Below are positions 33,695 through 46,800 of a stretch of DNA of 59,386 nt, piece after piece; the stretch's first letter is position 1; each line of letters starts with the position of its first letter. The stretch comes from Chiloscyllium plagiosum. Taxonomy: Eukaryota. The notes under the pieces were generated by a model. That model was not told where the DNA came from. It searched no databases and saw nothing but the letters and a program-made list of their open reading frames with translations. Location: positions 3,990,809 to 4,050,194 of the forward strand of contig NC_057758.1 in assembly GCF_004010195.1 (NCBI RefSeq), in the 5' to 3' direction. Made by a program: the position numbers and the translations under genes.

Positions 33695-36367
33695 CAATTA
33701 GCTGACATGTATGACACGCCTTCTAAAATTCAATGACATAGTTGATTATTCCAGGTCAGTAAAAATGTGTTTGTATTTTAGTCTATGTTTTCGTAATTCC
33801 TAAATGATCTCAAAGCAGTAGCTCATACGCCATTCGCAGCACGTCTTTTCTGGACCCTATTGGCAAAACAATTTGAAGAATCTCCTTGAATGTGTGATGG
33901 CCTCCATTTCCTCATGAAGACATGATTTCTGAAGTAGTAACACACAGGAATGCATTCACTTTCTTTCTTTGTGGATGCCTTTTGATATAATTGTGTTAAC
34001 TCCTCATCTTCCTGCTGTAATTCAATCAGCATCGTAGAGCTAAAGATGTTTGCATGTTTACCGATTTACTCCTTCTCTGTTCCACTTACCTGATCACAGT
34101 GTGTTTCAGGTGACACGATGTCAGCTTCTTATCTGTGCCTTTTGATCTCTCCTGATTCAGCTTATGCATTTGAGATCTTCTGATCACACAATTACGGAAA
34201 AGTCCTTAATAAACATTCTCCATGTCTTCAGTTGCCTGCATCTCCACTGCCTTTTCAACTACAGTAGGCAGCACGCCTACCCATGAATTAGCCATATCAT
34301 TTGCAAGGACAAATTGTATTCCTGAAGCTGAGAGTTTGTCGAGTACTCAACAAATTCTCCAATTGTCTGGATTGTCTCGCCTCACTTTGCATAAATGAGA
34401 ACTTTTTGTCTCAGCATTAATTCCTGTTACCAGTACCTTCTCTGGCAATATTCTCACAGGAGTGTACACCTCCTCGTCATTCAGCATTAGAGAGGATATT
34501 GTGTCCCTTCATATCGTAACCAACTTACCTATTACTCCTGCCTGTGTGAAGTCACTTTACCCTTGCATGTATATGCATAAGCAGATCTTGCACTACCAGC
34601 TAAAGCAACCTCTGGTCATATTGTGTATTTTTGGCAGTTGTCAAACGTCCCTTGCGCTTTTTGTTACATGTCCAACAAATCTTCCAGGCTTGTATGATTT
34701 TCCTACATCTGGCTTTCTCCTAGCCCACCAACACTGTGATTCTGCCTAGCCCACTATATTAGAATAAAAACACCGGAGCTTTTTATCTTCTTTCTGCATC
34801 ACAAGCGTTGTTCGTTGCCCAGTGATAAGTTATCCTCAAGGCTTATACAGAGATCTAGCTTTCCCTTTCCTCAGAAAGATTCATCTTTGCTCCAGTTTTC
34901 GAATCCCTTATGGACTGATAGCCATCAGCCAATTCAGCTGCTAACTTGCTGTCTTGGCTTTCGGCTCTTCCACATGAGTTTGCACAACTTTGTCACTGGG
35001 CCGACCCTCCAAACTTTTAATCTGACTTTCCTTTTTGAAATGTCTGTTTTTTGTGTTCAAACACGCTCTCATTTTCTCTCTTTGGTGTTGCTATTTTTCT
35101 CTCTCGTCTGTTTTCAATCGTAATTCAAACTGTTTCTTATCTGCTGTCCTTTCCTTATCTCTTGCCTCTTAGTCAATCTGCTTCATTTGCAGATTCTCCA
35201 GATTCTGAGTGTTTCTCGAGCAAGTGTAAATGCTGAGGTACTGCTGTAATTATCTCTCTTTTTCTCACAGAAGCAGCCAATTACAATTACAGCTTCTCTG
35301 ATAATTCTTGCAACTTGGTCTTCTTCACTTTGTGCAAATCTTGCAAGGTCACCGCATACACACCCACAAAACGTTTGGCGACTGAAAGAACCATTACTAT
35401 CCCAATTTTTGTGTATGGAACCAAACCCTCATCCGACATAAAGACACTGACATCTACCACTCGCTGCGTAAAATCCTGCAATGAGCCCCCAATCGGTCAT
35501 GGAGGCGGACAGATCATTCAAAACATTCTTATGCAGGCAGCCCCAGATCATAAATTTGCAATTTGTTCCGGAAGGGTACAGGCAAAATTATCATGAGTAA
35601 TATAGCTAGGTTGACGCCTTGATTTCAAAACAGAGAAAGAAAATCATAAAATTGCACAATGGAACAGTAAGAAGAGAATAAAGAACCCCTACAGAACTCA
35701 ATCTATCCAAATAGACTTAAGTATGCTCTTCCAAATATACATAACAGTCGCAATAAGCGAACTCCCTTTAAAAGAAACAGTATAAATGGAACACGTGCTT
35801 ACAATTTGGAGTTGAAGTGCAGAAAAGAGAGAGTTTCCTCACAGATCCCTCCTGACCATCCCAGTTCAAGACTGAACTAAAACTGCTCAGCTCAGCTGAA
35901 GAGCTGACCACTCCCCTTTCAGTATTCGTGTCACTTCCAAACAATGACCACTTTTCTGTGAAGACTCATCTGTTTACACATCAACAGATGACCCCTTAAT
36001 ATTCTTCTCATCTACTTACCAAACCAGGGTGATCGGAGCCCAGCAAAGGTGTAAGTAAGGACTCCAGATGCTGGAGGTCAGAGTCTGGATTAGAGTAGTG
36101 CTGGAAAAGCACAGCATGTTAAACAGCATCTAAGGAGCAGGAATATCGACGGTTCGGTCAAATGACCTTCATCGGGAAGGACTTCTGGATGAAGGGCTTT
36201 TGCCTGAAACTTCGATTTTCCTGCTCCTCGGATGCTGCCTGGGCTTCTGTGCTTTTCCAGCACCACTCTAATGGGAACCCGGCCCGTTTATTTGCGCTCT
36301 GAAAAATGAATCAAGGACAGAGTCTCCTTGAGCCGAGGCACAGCGTTTAGCGCCGAGCTTTGTGACA
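33695..36367 (-). mobile_element. Mirrored Gmr1-like Gypsy LTR (35495-36367), PBS and gag/PR/INT fragment, including the nested palindromic element (~36045-36272)
   Basis: Reverse complement of 23290-25975; ORFs 33823..34032 and 35287..35481 match the left-arm ORFs. Confidence 0.85.
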
Positions 36368-39300
36368 GCCTACCTGATGCACGATGTTTGGCATGATCTG
36401 CCTGTATTGCTCGCAAAGCAACCCTTTTCACTGTACGTCGGTACGTGTGTTAGCAATCAATCCACCAATAGCTCTAATGCTATATTCTGTATTCTCTTCT
36501 ATTTCCCTGATGTAAGGTATGATTTGTTGGTATGCACGCAAAACATTACCTTTCAACGGTATATCGGTTCATCTGACAATAATCAATCACGTTAAGACAA
36601 TTAAAATCGAATCAAATTAAACTGAATCAAGTGAGAAGAGAAGGAGAATTAATGGCGTTCAATGTGCTTGTGAAACTAAACGGGACAGCTCTACATTTTT
36701 CAATTATCTCCTGAACTGAAGGACGAACTTCCCTGTCCTGCTCCAGAAACATATCAGCGGTTATGACCTTGAAGTAAGCTTCACTTAAAACCGTTCCTCT
36801 TTGGACCTCCAAACGGAAAATAAATGGAACAGTTTAAACATTTCACATCTGCACTTGATAGATGGTTCAATGCATAATTGCACCCGCTTTGACACACGGT
36901 TCTAAAACGCGCTCACACTGCTTTAAAAACTGTCTTTCAAGTCGAGGTAGCAGCTACTGTTTTGGAGGCTTCGTTCGACCTGCAGACAAATGCATTCATA
37001 ATGTACGAGATGCCTTCAGGGTTTCAAAATCGTATTATAGATGAAGTCAAATTACGTTCACGCCAAATTGTCTTATAATTGTCACCCAAGATGTGCAGAC
37101 AGTGGTCTTGTGTTTCTTTCGGTTTTTCCACCTGCCTGATTGATCCTGATAAAGAGACAATAGTCTGTCCAATCTCTTAGACGGAGAACAAATTGACTTT
37201 GTACCAGCATCCCATTCATTAGTCGAAAAAATAAACAAACGTGAAATAATTTGGTTAATTGCAGGTCAGATCATGTTTATTGCATCTCATATCCAGTTTC
37301 TATCAAGGTCGAGCTAACGAGCAAATAATCAGAATCTTTCTGAACTTTTATCAATGTTTACTTGAAAAATAACAACTGTAAGAGGAGCCAGTTTATTTTT
37401 ATACAAAAGCATGCTTGGCGAACGACGCTCCTAATCGTCGCAGCTGCAGATTCCTTCACTGGTAAATTGAGTATCATACATTAAAGGGATAAAAGAAACG
37501 TAAATATGTTTATCCCGAGTGAAGAAAATTGATATCGACGTTTCTTCCACGTTACTGTGTACTGAAGGCTGCTTGGGATGTTTAACATGATTCCTGGAGT
37601 CACAAAGGACGGGAGGCCAGATGTGATTTTTTTTCCCCTGAAAGACAGGCAGACAAACCTCATTATACTGAGTGTGTTTTTTTTAGGTTAGCATGTGCTT
37701 ATTATAATTGGAATTTTTGTAGAATTTCCACTCCATCGAAGTACATTTAGGCAAAGATCTTTGAAAGCTAAAGNNNNNNNNNNNNNNNNNNNNNNNNNNN
37801 NNNNNNNNNNNNNNNNNNNNNNNNNNNNNNNNNNNNNNNNNNNNNNNNNNNNNNNNNNNNNNNNNNNNNNNNNNNNNNNNNNNNNNNNNNNNNNNNNNNN
37901 NNNNNNNNNNNNNNNNNNNNNNNNNNNNNNNNNNNNNNNNNNNNNNNNNNNNNNNNNNNNNNNNNNNNNNNNNNNNNNNNNNNNNNNNNNNNNNNNNNNN
38001 NNNNNNNNNNNNNNNNNNNNNNNNNNNNNNNNNNNNNNNNNNNNNNNNNNNNNNNNNNNNNNNNNNNNNNNNNNNNNNNNNNNNNNNNNNNNNNNNNNNN
38101 NNNNNNNNNNNNNNNNNNNNNNNNNNNNNNNNNNNNNNNNNNNNNNNNNNNNNNNNNNNNNNNNNNNNNNNNNNNNNNNNNNNNNNNNNNNNNNNNNNNN
38201 NNNNNNNNNNNNNNNNNNNNNNNNNNNNNNNNNNNNNNNNNNNNNNNNNNNNNNNNNNNNNNNNNNNNNNNNNNNNNNNNNNNNNNNNNNNNNNNNNNNN
38301 NNNNNNNNNNNNNNNNNNNNNNNNNNNNNNNNNNNNNNNNNNNNNNNNNNNNNNNNNNNNNNNNNNNNNNNNNNNNNNNNNNNNNNNNNNNNNNNNNNNN
38401 NNNNNNNNNNNNNNNNNNNNNNNNNNNNNNNNNNNNNNNNNNNNNNNNNNNNNNNNNNNNNNNNNNNNNNNNNNNNNNNNNNNNNNNNNNNNNNNNNNNN
38501 NNNNNNNNNNGCTGCTGAGAAATAAATGCAGCAGACACATAGGCATTTCCAACAAAATGTTTCTTTTCAACCAAAGTTGATAAATCAGACGACCCGTTCT
38601 GCCAAACTTCGCCAAAGCACAAACTTGCATTCAAGCGAGTACCACTGCTTTTCTGAGACGCACAAAGACATTGAACTAGATTTATTCTGGACAAAACCAG
38701 TATTGTGCCCCATATAACTGCATTCACTGGATTTTGATCAAATGATATCTCAGTTGGTTCACGCTTTCGAAATTATATCTTGTAATTTCTTTTTGGATTT
38801 TAAATGTTATATTGTTTTATTAATTTAAGCAGACCATTTCTTAAAGCAAAGAAATATGCAAATGCATTTGGCAGTGTTCTATATCTTTATGAGAGTCATA
38901 TAAAAACGAATTTGCACTGTTATTTTATGAGCAGTTTTGTATGAATGGGAAAGGGAGGTGGGGAGAGCCTGGAAGAATTCACCCGTACGATTAGAACTGA
39001 ACGTAAATTATGTATACCGTCGGTAACATTGTTGGTTTTTCTTGTTGATCGTGCATGTGAAAAGTGGCAATTCCTGATAGCAGAATCTGTGTTTTCAAAA
39101 TCCAGTTCATCTGCCTGCAACTTACATCGTTTTCCTAATTGTACAGGCTCGAAGTTCACCATCAATATCGTAACAAACCATTTCCGCTTAAATGTACATT
39201 GCAGATGGTCCCTCAGTTAACCTGAGTTCCTAGTTAGTCCATTATGAGAATAGTGAAATAATTTCATCGTGTCCAGCAGCAAGCGCCGTGTTTGCAATTC

Positions 39301-39438
39301 TTCTCAATGCTTACCAGATACAGTTCATGAGCATGTTCCTTTCTTCTCAAGCAATTCATTGAAACGGAAATACAGAGCACAGACAAACTTTAAAGGGGAA
39401 ACGTGACGGTAATAATATCAATAATCAAGTGAGAACGT

Positions 39439-39522
39439 TCTGTTGTGTTACTGAACGCTATTCCGGTTGCCTTCGATTAATCTGTTGTGTTACTGAACGC
39501 TATTCCGGTTGCCTTCGATTAA
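39439..39522 (+). repeat. Perfect 42-bp tandem duplication
   Basis: TCTGTTGTGTTACTGAACGCTATTCCGGTTGCCTTCGATTAA occurs twice in tandem. Confidence 0.95.
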
Positions 39523-39939
39523 TATCTCCATAGTAACTGCCACACGCAATTTGATTTTCAGACGTTAGTTTAATAGACTAAATTGAGGTTTGAGATTCAG
39601 GCCCTTTATCACTGGTGAGATATTACCAACACTTTCAAAATATGCGAATGAAACTACCTCAAACTGTCAAAATACCATGCAATTTTTGGAATATATTCCA
39701 TGACTGAGGGTTACTATGAGATGAGCCATGGAAGGAACCCAAACAGGGATTAGAAAGGTTGAAACGTCGGATAAATAAGATGATTTAAATTGTGTTCAGT
39801 GTTGGTTTTGTGTCACTGAAGTCAAATTATGTTAATTAATTGTAATAGTTCAACAATTACATCATTCCACATCAAAGCTGCTAATTTTCCCATGTGCCCA
39901 ACTGAATAAATAAGGGACGGCATAAATTATTCCATTCTA

Positions 39940-40763
39940 AGTTTGTTCGAAGATTTGTAGCTTGGGTGCTCGTTGTTGTGGTTCTGTTCGCCGAGCTGGG
40001 AATTTGTGTTGCAGACGTTTCGTTCCCTGTCGAGGTGACATCCTCAGTGCTTGGGAGCCTCCTGTGAAGCGCTTCTGTGATGTTTCCTCCGGTATTTATA
40101 GTGATTTGTATCTGCTGCTTCCGGTTGTCAGTTCCAGCTGTCCGCTGCAGTGGCAGATATATTGGGTCCAGGTCGATGTGCTTTATTGATTGAATCTGTG
40201 AATGAGTGCCATACCTCTCGGAAATCCCTGGCTGTTCTGTGTTTGTCATGTTCTATAATAGTAGTGTTGTCCCAGTCAAACTCATGTTCCTTGTCATCTG
40301 ATTGTGTGGCTACTAAGGATAGCTGGTCATATCGTTTCGTGGCTAGTTGGTGTTCATGGATGCGGTTCGTTACCTGTCTTCCTGTTTGTCCTATGTACAG
40401 TTTTGTGCAGCCCTTGCATGAGATTTTGTACACTACATTCGTTTTGCTCATGCTGGGTATCGGGTCCTTCGCCCTGGTGAGTTATTGTCTGAGAGTGGCT
40501 GTTGGTTTGTGTGCTGTTATGAGTCCGAGTGGTCGCAGTAGTCTGGCTGTCAGTTCAGAAATGCTTTTGATGTATGGTAGTGTGGCTAGTCCTTTGGGTT
40601 GTGGCATGTACTCATTCCGTTGTCTTTCCTTCAGACATCTGTTGATGAAATTGCGGGGGTATCCGTTTTTGGCGAATACATTGTATAGGCGTTCTTCTTC
40701 CTCTTGTTGCAGTTCTGGTGTCCTGCAGTGTGTTGTGGCCCTTTTAAACAGTGTCTTGACGCA
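39940..40763 (-). mobile_element. Penelope-like element 3' fragment present only in the right arm
   Basis: ORF 40128..40451: NVVYKISCKGCTKLYIGQTGRQVTNRIHEH (GIY-YIG). Confidence 0.9.
40011..40050 (-). ncRNA. Penelope-associated minimal hammerhead motif with an intact core
   Basis: Minus strand GCA-CTGAGGA-T-GTCACCT-CGAC-AGGGAAC-GAAAC-GTC-TGC: helix I GCA/TGC, both conserved boxes and a GUC triplet. Confidence 0.7.
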
Positions 40764-40765
40764 AC

Positions 40766-41360
40766 TTCAAAAACATTTCTGAACTGACAGCCAGACTACT
40801 GCGACCACTAGGTCTCATAACAGCACATAAACAAAAAGCCACTCTCAGACAACAACTCAACAGGACGAAGGATCCGATACCCAGCATGAGCAAAACCAAT
40901 ATAGTGTACAAAACTCCATTCAAGGACTGCAAAAAACTCTGCATAGGACAAACAGGAAGACTGCTAACGATCCGCATCCATGTTCACCAACTAGCCACGA
41001 AACGACATGACCAGCTATCCTTAGTAGCCACGCACTCAGATGACAAAGAATATGAGTTCGACTGGGACAACACCACTATTATAGGTCAAGCCAAAGAGAG
41101 AACAGCCAGGGAATTCCTATGTGAATGGCACTTATCCACAGATTCAATTAATAAGCACATCGACCTGGACCCAATATACCGGCCACTGCAGCGGACAGCT
41201 GGAACTGACAACCGGAAGCTGCAGATACAAATCACTATAAATGCCGGAGGAAACATCACAGAAGCGCTTCACAGAAGGCTCCCAAGCACTGAGGATGCTA
41301 CCTAGACAGGGAACGAAACGCCTGCAACACAAATTCCCAGCTCGACGAACAGAACCACTA
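40766..41360 (+). mobile_element. Penelope-like element 3' fragment (mirror of 20225-20818); hammerhead motif at 41286-41325 with GUC changed to GCC
   Basis: ORF 40886..41305: NIVYKTPFKDCKKLCIGQTG; shares the YIG-to-CIG change with the left-arm copy. Confidence 0.9.
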
Positions 41361-42394
41361 TATTATTCCATTCTCTAAGAAATTTAATTTCAGGATTCCA
41401 TTTATTGGTACACAGACAGAGAACATAGCTGTTCCTCTGTTTACAGATATTGCAACATTGTCAATAAGGTATATGGGCATGGTGCTGAATCACTTCTCGT
41501 TTTCTCCTTAACACAGTGTTTTATATATATCAGCCTGTTGCAATGTGGATTACCACTGAGCATTACCCCTAATGAAGACATTTGTTTCCTGGACAGGCAA
41601 CAGTAAATGTGATCCATATAAGAAGAAATGGCGCGTCACCAGTTGACTTTATAAATTGCCTATTTTCACCGAACTGAGCATCGACGAAGGCACTTTGTGG
41701 TTGAGTTTCTCAGGTGGATTCAGCCGATGCCGCCGTAACTTGCTGTGCTGCGATACCCAAAGTGGCACAGCTGAGCCTCCGCCCATATACAAACAGCTTG
41801 CTTTTGAACATTGCAGGGAATGCAAGAAAAATCAACAGGTCTCAATACAGACGGAGGCTACATTATTTGTCTTGACAAGATTTCAATGTTCTTAACAAAG
41901 ATTTGTTTCTCGCATTGGGTATAGTATTTCTGAAAATCATTTTTCATCTTCTTTTGCTTTTTTGTTCTCGTTTTACAAGCAGGAGTCATTTCACGCGGTG
42001 CACCATCTTCCGTGTACTCATAAACTTTGTTCTGTCTGTCTGACTTTACTTTGCCAATTTCTTGTGTCTTCTTCAAAATCTCCATAACATATTCGAAGCG
42101 ATGTGATAAATGTTGTTCACTTCTCGTTTCCCCATCAGCCAGCTGTGTGTGTTGATACTACCTTTAGTTCAGATGGTGCTCGTGCTTCTGTCCACAGTTT
42201 GCCTGAACCGCTGTTGATGTCTCTCCAACAATTGTACAGTGGATTCGGGCCTTTAGAATTCATTGATGCTCAATAATTCATTCAATACCAAGACGAACTA
42301 TCTCATTGCAGGTGCCAGTTGTGCCTTAAGTGACTTCATCTAAATGAAATAATGTTCTGATCAATATTCATTATGTACCAGAGATTTTCTTTTA

Positions 42395-43275
42395 ACAGTT
42401 GCAACTGAACCTCGTGGCTCCGAAACTCAATCCCTCTTCCAATAAGTCTAACACACTGTACACCACCTTAACAACCCTATCAAACTGAGTAACAACGGTC
42501 AGGGATCTATGTTCATGGACGCCAAGATCTCTCTGCTCATCCACACTGCCAAAAATATTTCCAATTTGCCCATACTCTGTATTCTTGTTACTCATTCCAA
42601 CGTGAATCTCCTCACACCTCTTCACATCAAACTCCATTTTCCATCTCCCAACACAACTCTGCAACTTACCTACGTCCCTCTGTAGCCTGCGACATACTTT
42701 GCCACTGTCCAGAAGTCCACAAGCCTTAGTATGATTCAGAAATTTACTAACCCATCATTCTGTGCACTCATCCAGATGATTTATAAAAATGACAAGCAGC
42801 AGTGACTCCAAAACAGATCCTTGCGCTACACCACTATTAACTGAATTCCAGGATGCACGTTTCCCATGAGCCACAACCGTCGGACTTCTTTCAATTCGTC
42901 AATTTCTGATCTAAACCAGTAGATCTTCCTCATTCCCGTGCCTCTGTATTTCCACAATAGCCTACGATATGAAACCTTAACAAACGCTTTATTGAAACCC
43001 ATATACACCACACCCACCACTTTAACCTCATCAAACCGCTTGGCTACCTTCTCAAAGACTTCAATAAGGTTTGTGAGGCAGGACACACCGTTCGTAAAAC
43101 CGTGTTGTTGCTCTCTTGATGATTGTAAAAATTGTCTCTTATAATATTTTCCAAAATTTAACCTACAAGAGACGTACGGCTCTGTGCTCAATAATTACCG
43201 AGGTTGTCTCTACACCACATGTTGAACAAGGGGGCGACATTTCCCATTATCCAGTCTTTTGGCACTATTTCAAAA
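42395..43275 (-). mobile_element. CR1 fragment (mirror of 18075-18952)
   Basis: ORFs 42392..42664 and 42826..43191. Confidence 0.9.
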
Positions 43276-44959
43276 AAAGTGGGCCCTTTTTTTAACGTGA
43301 GACGAGAAGGTTTCAGAAAAGGATACGAACGACAGCCTTCTTTTGTGTCTGAACACATCATAAACATGTGTTGAATCTGTCACCATGCTCACATCGCCAA
43401 GCCCTCTGAGAAAATATGTTAACAGAGTAATTTCTGCGAAGGTGATCGTTTGCGTACCACAGCTAGTGTCTTTCTGAATAATCCACCTTCAAACCATTTT
43501 AGACAACATCTTGGGAGGAGTAAGTGACAATTTGTATGTAAAGTAAGACCAGTGCAGTGTTTTACTGAGATAAGAAAAACAGGGAAAGACAATATACATA
43601 TAAATGGCTGTGGAGTAAAAAACAAAATGTAGTGTTGTGTTTGTCTTTGAGCGCAACAAGGAGTTGAAAACTGCAAGGAATATACAGTGCGGTGGACAAT
43701 GAAACGATCAGATCATCTTGGACGACTCTATATGACTGATAGGTTGACAGGCTGGGGAAACAGATATTTACAAATAATATTGCAATACCTCAGGATAAAA
43801 GATGGTGCTTTGGAGCAATGATCTGTATCTCAAATGTGATCACTGCTGTAATCTAATGACAGAGTTCGACAAAATATAAAACAACTTTGGCCAAACATTA
43901 ACCTTCAAATTTTTAATTATAAAGGTAGTACATTTCAGTTGTTTGACCAGCTTCGCTGTCTATACTCACCCTGAGTTACTCATTAAGGGTTGGGCTAAAT
44001 TCTGAGGCCATCACTTCAAGCCCCCGCTTCAAATGATCAGTTACCTGCACAGTAACAATTCTTTTTCCGGTCCTTCTGGAAAGTGATGGTGCTGCACATT
44101 CTGCTGTGAGGATTAATTGCAAATATTGTGTATGTAGATTAAAAACCCTGATATTTACAGAGCGCCTAACAAACATTCCAAACCATTTTAAAGATTTTCC
44201 TTGTCGACAATGTAGAATTGAACGTCATGCCTTGCACAGTACCATACTGTAGACAATCATATGACGATGACGAGAACACCAGTTTCACTCATTTTGGTTC
44301 AGGAAGCACTGCACTCGGGTGAATTCCTCTGCTCCCGCTCTCCTTTCAGTTGTAACCGTTTGATTATTTTCAGCCGGAGAGAACAAGCAGGACATTTGGA
44401 TTAATACATGAATGCGGTATCAGTAGCTTTAGATTTTGGATTGCAGCACTGAGAATAATATGATATTTTCAGAAATTTTGAGAAGTATGTTTTGCTGGTC
44501 TGATGTACACTTACGGATTATCTCAGAAAAGACATATTTTCTGCAGCGAAAGACATTTTACAACTGTCAATAATGATGGCTCTGCAAATTCTTCAGATAA
44601 TCCAATATAGTTTTCCTCTCTCAGTCTAAATCCCAGTTGGAGAATGTGAGGATTGGAGATGTTGGAAACCCAGTGTCGAAAAGCACAGCAGGACAGGCAG
44701 CATTCAAGGAGGAGGAGGGACGATGTTTTGTGCATAAGCCGATCTTCAACGTCCCAATATCAAGGCTGTGGTTATGATCATCATCTCAATTGGCTGGTTA
44801 TGTCATTCAAATGCCTGAGCAGGATTTTGAAAGCCGACTTCTGTCATCTGAGATGGCATTATCATGGCAAATCGTAAACAGGAGAGCAGGAGAACGTGGT
44901 GAATGATATATGTTAAATGTATTCTGAAAAAAAAAACACAATATTCACCAATGTTCCAG

Positions 44960-45469
44960 CACCTGGCCCATATAGTTCCAAACCCTTCCTATTCATATAC
45001 TAATCCAGATGACTTTTAAATGTCATAAATGTGCCAGCTTTCACCAAGTCCCCTGGTAGCTCATTCTGTACACGCCCATCCGCTGTGCGAAAAGGTTGTT
45101 CCTTAGTTCCTTTTATATCTTCCTCCTCCCACCCTGTACCAATGCCCTCTCCTTCTGGACTCCCCCAGAAAATATCTTAGCCATGTCCCTCTTGACTTTG
45201 TAAACATCGCCAAGATTACCGTCAGCCTTCAAAATTCCACGAAAACAGCATCAAACTTTTCAACCTCTCCACATTGCTCAAATCCCCTCATTCTGGCAAC
45301 ATCCTTGTCAATATTTTCTGAAAGTTATCAAGTTTCATAAATTCCTTCCAATACAAGGGATCTCCGAATTTCACACAATATTCCAAATTTGGCTTAAACA
45401 ATGTCCTGTACAGCAGCAACATGACATCCCACGTCGTATACTCAATGCTATGTCCAATAAAGGAAAGCA
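44960..45469 (-). mobile_element. CR1 3' fragment (longer mirror of 17250-17700)
   Basis: Reverse complement of the left copy plus the CR1 3' end that is missing on the left. Confidence 0.8.
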
Positions 45470-46214
45470 NNNNNNNNNNNNNNNNNNNNNNNNNNNNNNN
45501 NNNNNNNNNNNNNNNNNNNNNNNNNNNNNNNNNNNNNNNNNNNNNNNNNNNNNNNNNNNNNNNNNNNNNNNNNNNNNNNNNNNNNNNNNNNNNNNNNNNN
45601 NNNNNNNNNNNNNNNNNNNNNNNNNNNNNNNNNNNNNNNNNNNNNNNNNNNNNNNNNNNNNNNNNNNNNNNNNNNNNNNNNNNNNNNNNNNNNNNNNNNN
45701 NNNNNNNNNNNNNNNNNNNNNNNNNNNNNNNNNNNNNNNNNNNNNNNNNNNNNNNNNNNNNNNNNNNNNNNNNNNNNNNNNNNNNNNNNNNNNNNNNNNN
45801 NNNNNNNNNNNNNNNNNNNNNNNNNNNNNNNNNNNNNNNNNNNNNNNNNNNNNNNNNNNNNNNNNNNNNNNNNNNNNNNNNNNNNNNNNNNNNNNNNNNN
45901 NNNNNNNNNAAAAAAAAATATTTTCAACAAACTAGAATCCCCTGAACTGAATTTCTAATCGAAACGTATTACTCGTTTGTACAGGATGCTCGAAGGAAAT
46001 GATTTGCAGACAGACTCATTCACCGACAGACCTCCCACTTAGTCTTCTGCATTTTCTCAAATTTGTCCTGTTTACAATACCATTGTTTTTATTTTAATTT
46101 GCTCCAATAATACAATACAAAATCTCACAAAACGATAAATGCTACTTAAAGAAAGTGAGGAAATCAACTCTGGCACTGAAAAAGACCCTCAAAGCAATGG
46201 AGCTGCTTTTATGG

Positions 46215-46800
46215 AGACAGGCTTTGTACGTCCATGGTTAGTCCACATTTGGATTATAGTGCGCAATTTTGGAGACCATTTCTCTGTAAGAATGCATTGG
46301 CTCTGGACCATGTTCAGAGGAGGTTCACAAGAACGGTACCAAAAATGTGCAGCTTATCATATGAGGAACGATTGAGGACTCTGGTTATACACTCGATGGA
46401 GTTCAGAAGAATGAGGGGATATCTAACTGAAGCATGCAAAACACTGCATGGTCTGAAAAGAGCAGATTTTGGAAGATGTTTCCATTGATTAGACAGACAA
46501 CGACCCGAGGACTCAATTTTAGATTAATTGGAAAACGTTTTATAACAGAAGTAAGGAGAAACGTCTTTAACCAGAGACTGGTGAATCTATGGAATTCGTT
46601 GCCACAGAATGGTGTCGACGGCAGGTCACTGAGTATATTTAAGACGGATACAGTTAAGTTCTTCTGTGTCAAGGGGATCAAGTGTTTTCGAGTGAAAGCG
46701 GGAGAATGGGCTGGAGAAACCTATCCGCCATGTTCGAGTAGTGGAACAGACTCGATAAGGATAAAGGCATAATTTCTGCTCCTCTGTCTTATGGTCTTTT
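46215..46800 (+). mobile_element. CR1 3' fragment (mirror of 16290-16870)
   Basis: ORFs 46234..46488 and 46434..46772 (TTTRGLNFRL...VRRNVFNQRLVNLWNSLP). Confidence 0.9.

Noticed and set aside
31461..33736. Long ORFs of 178-369 aa (also near 3423, 26565, 37683, 45421 and 53213)
   Set aside because: They are artefacts of translating through N-runs.
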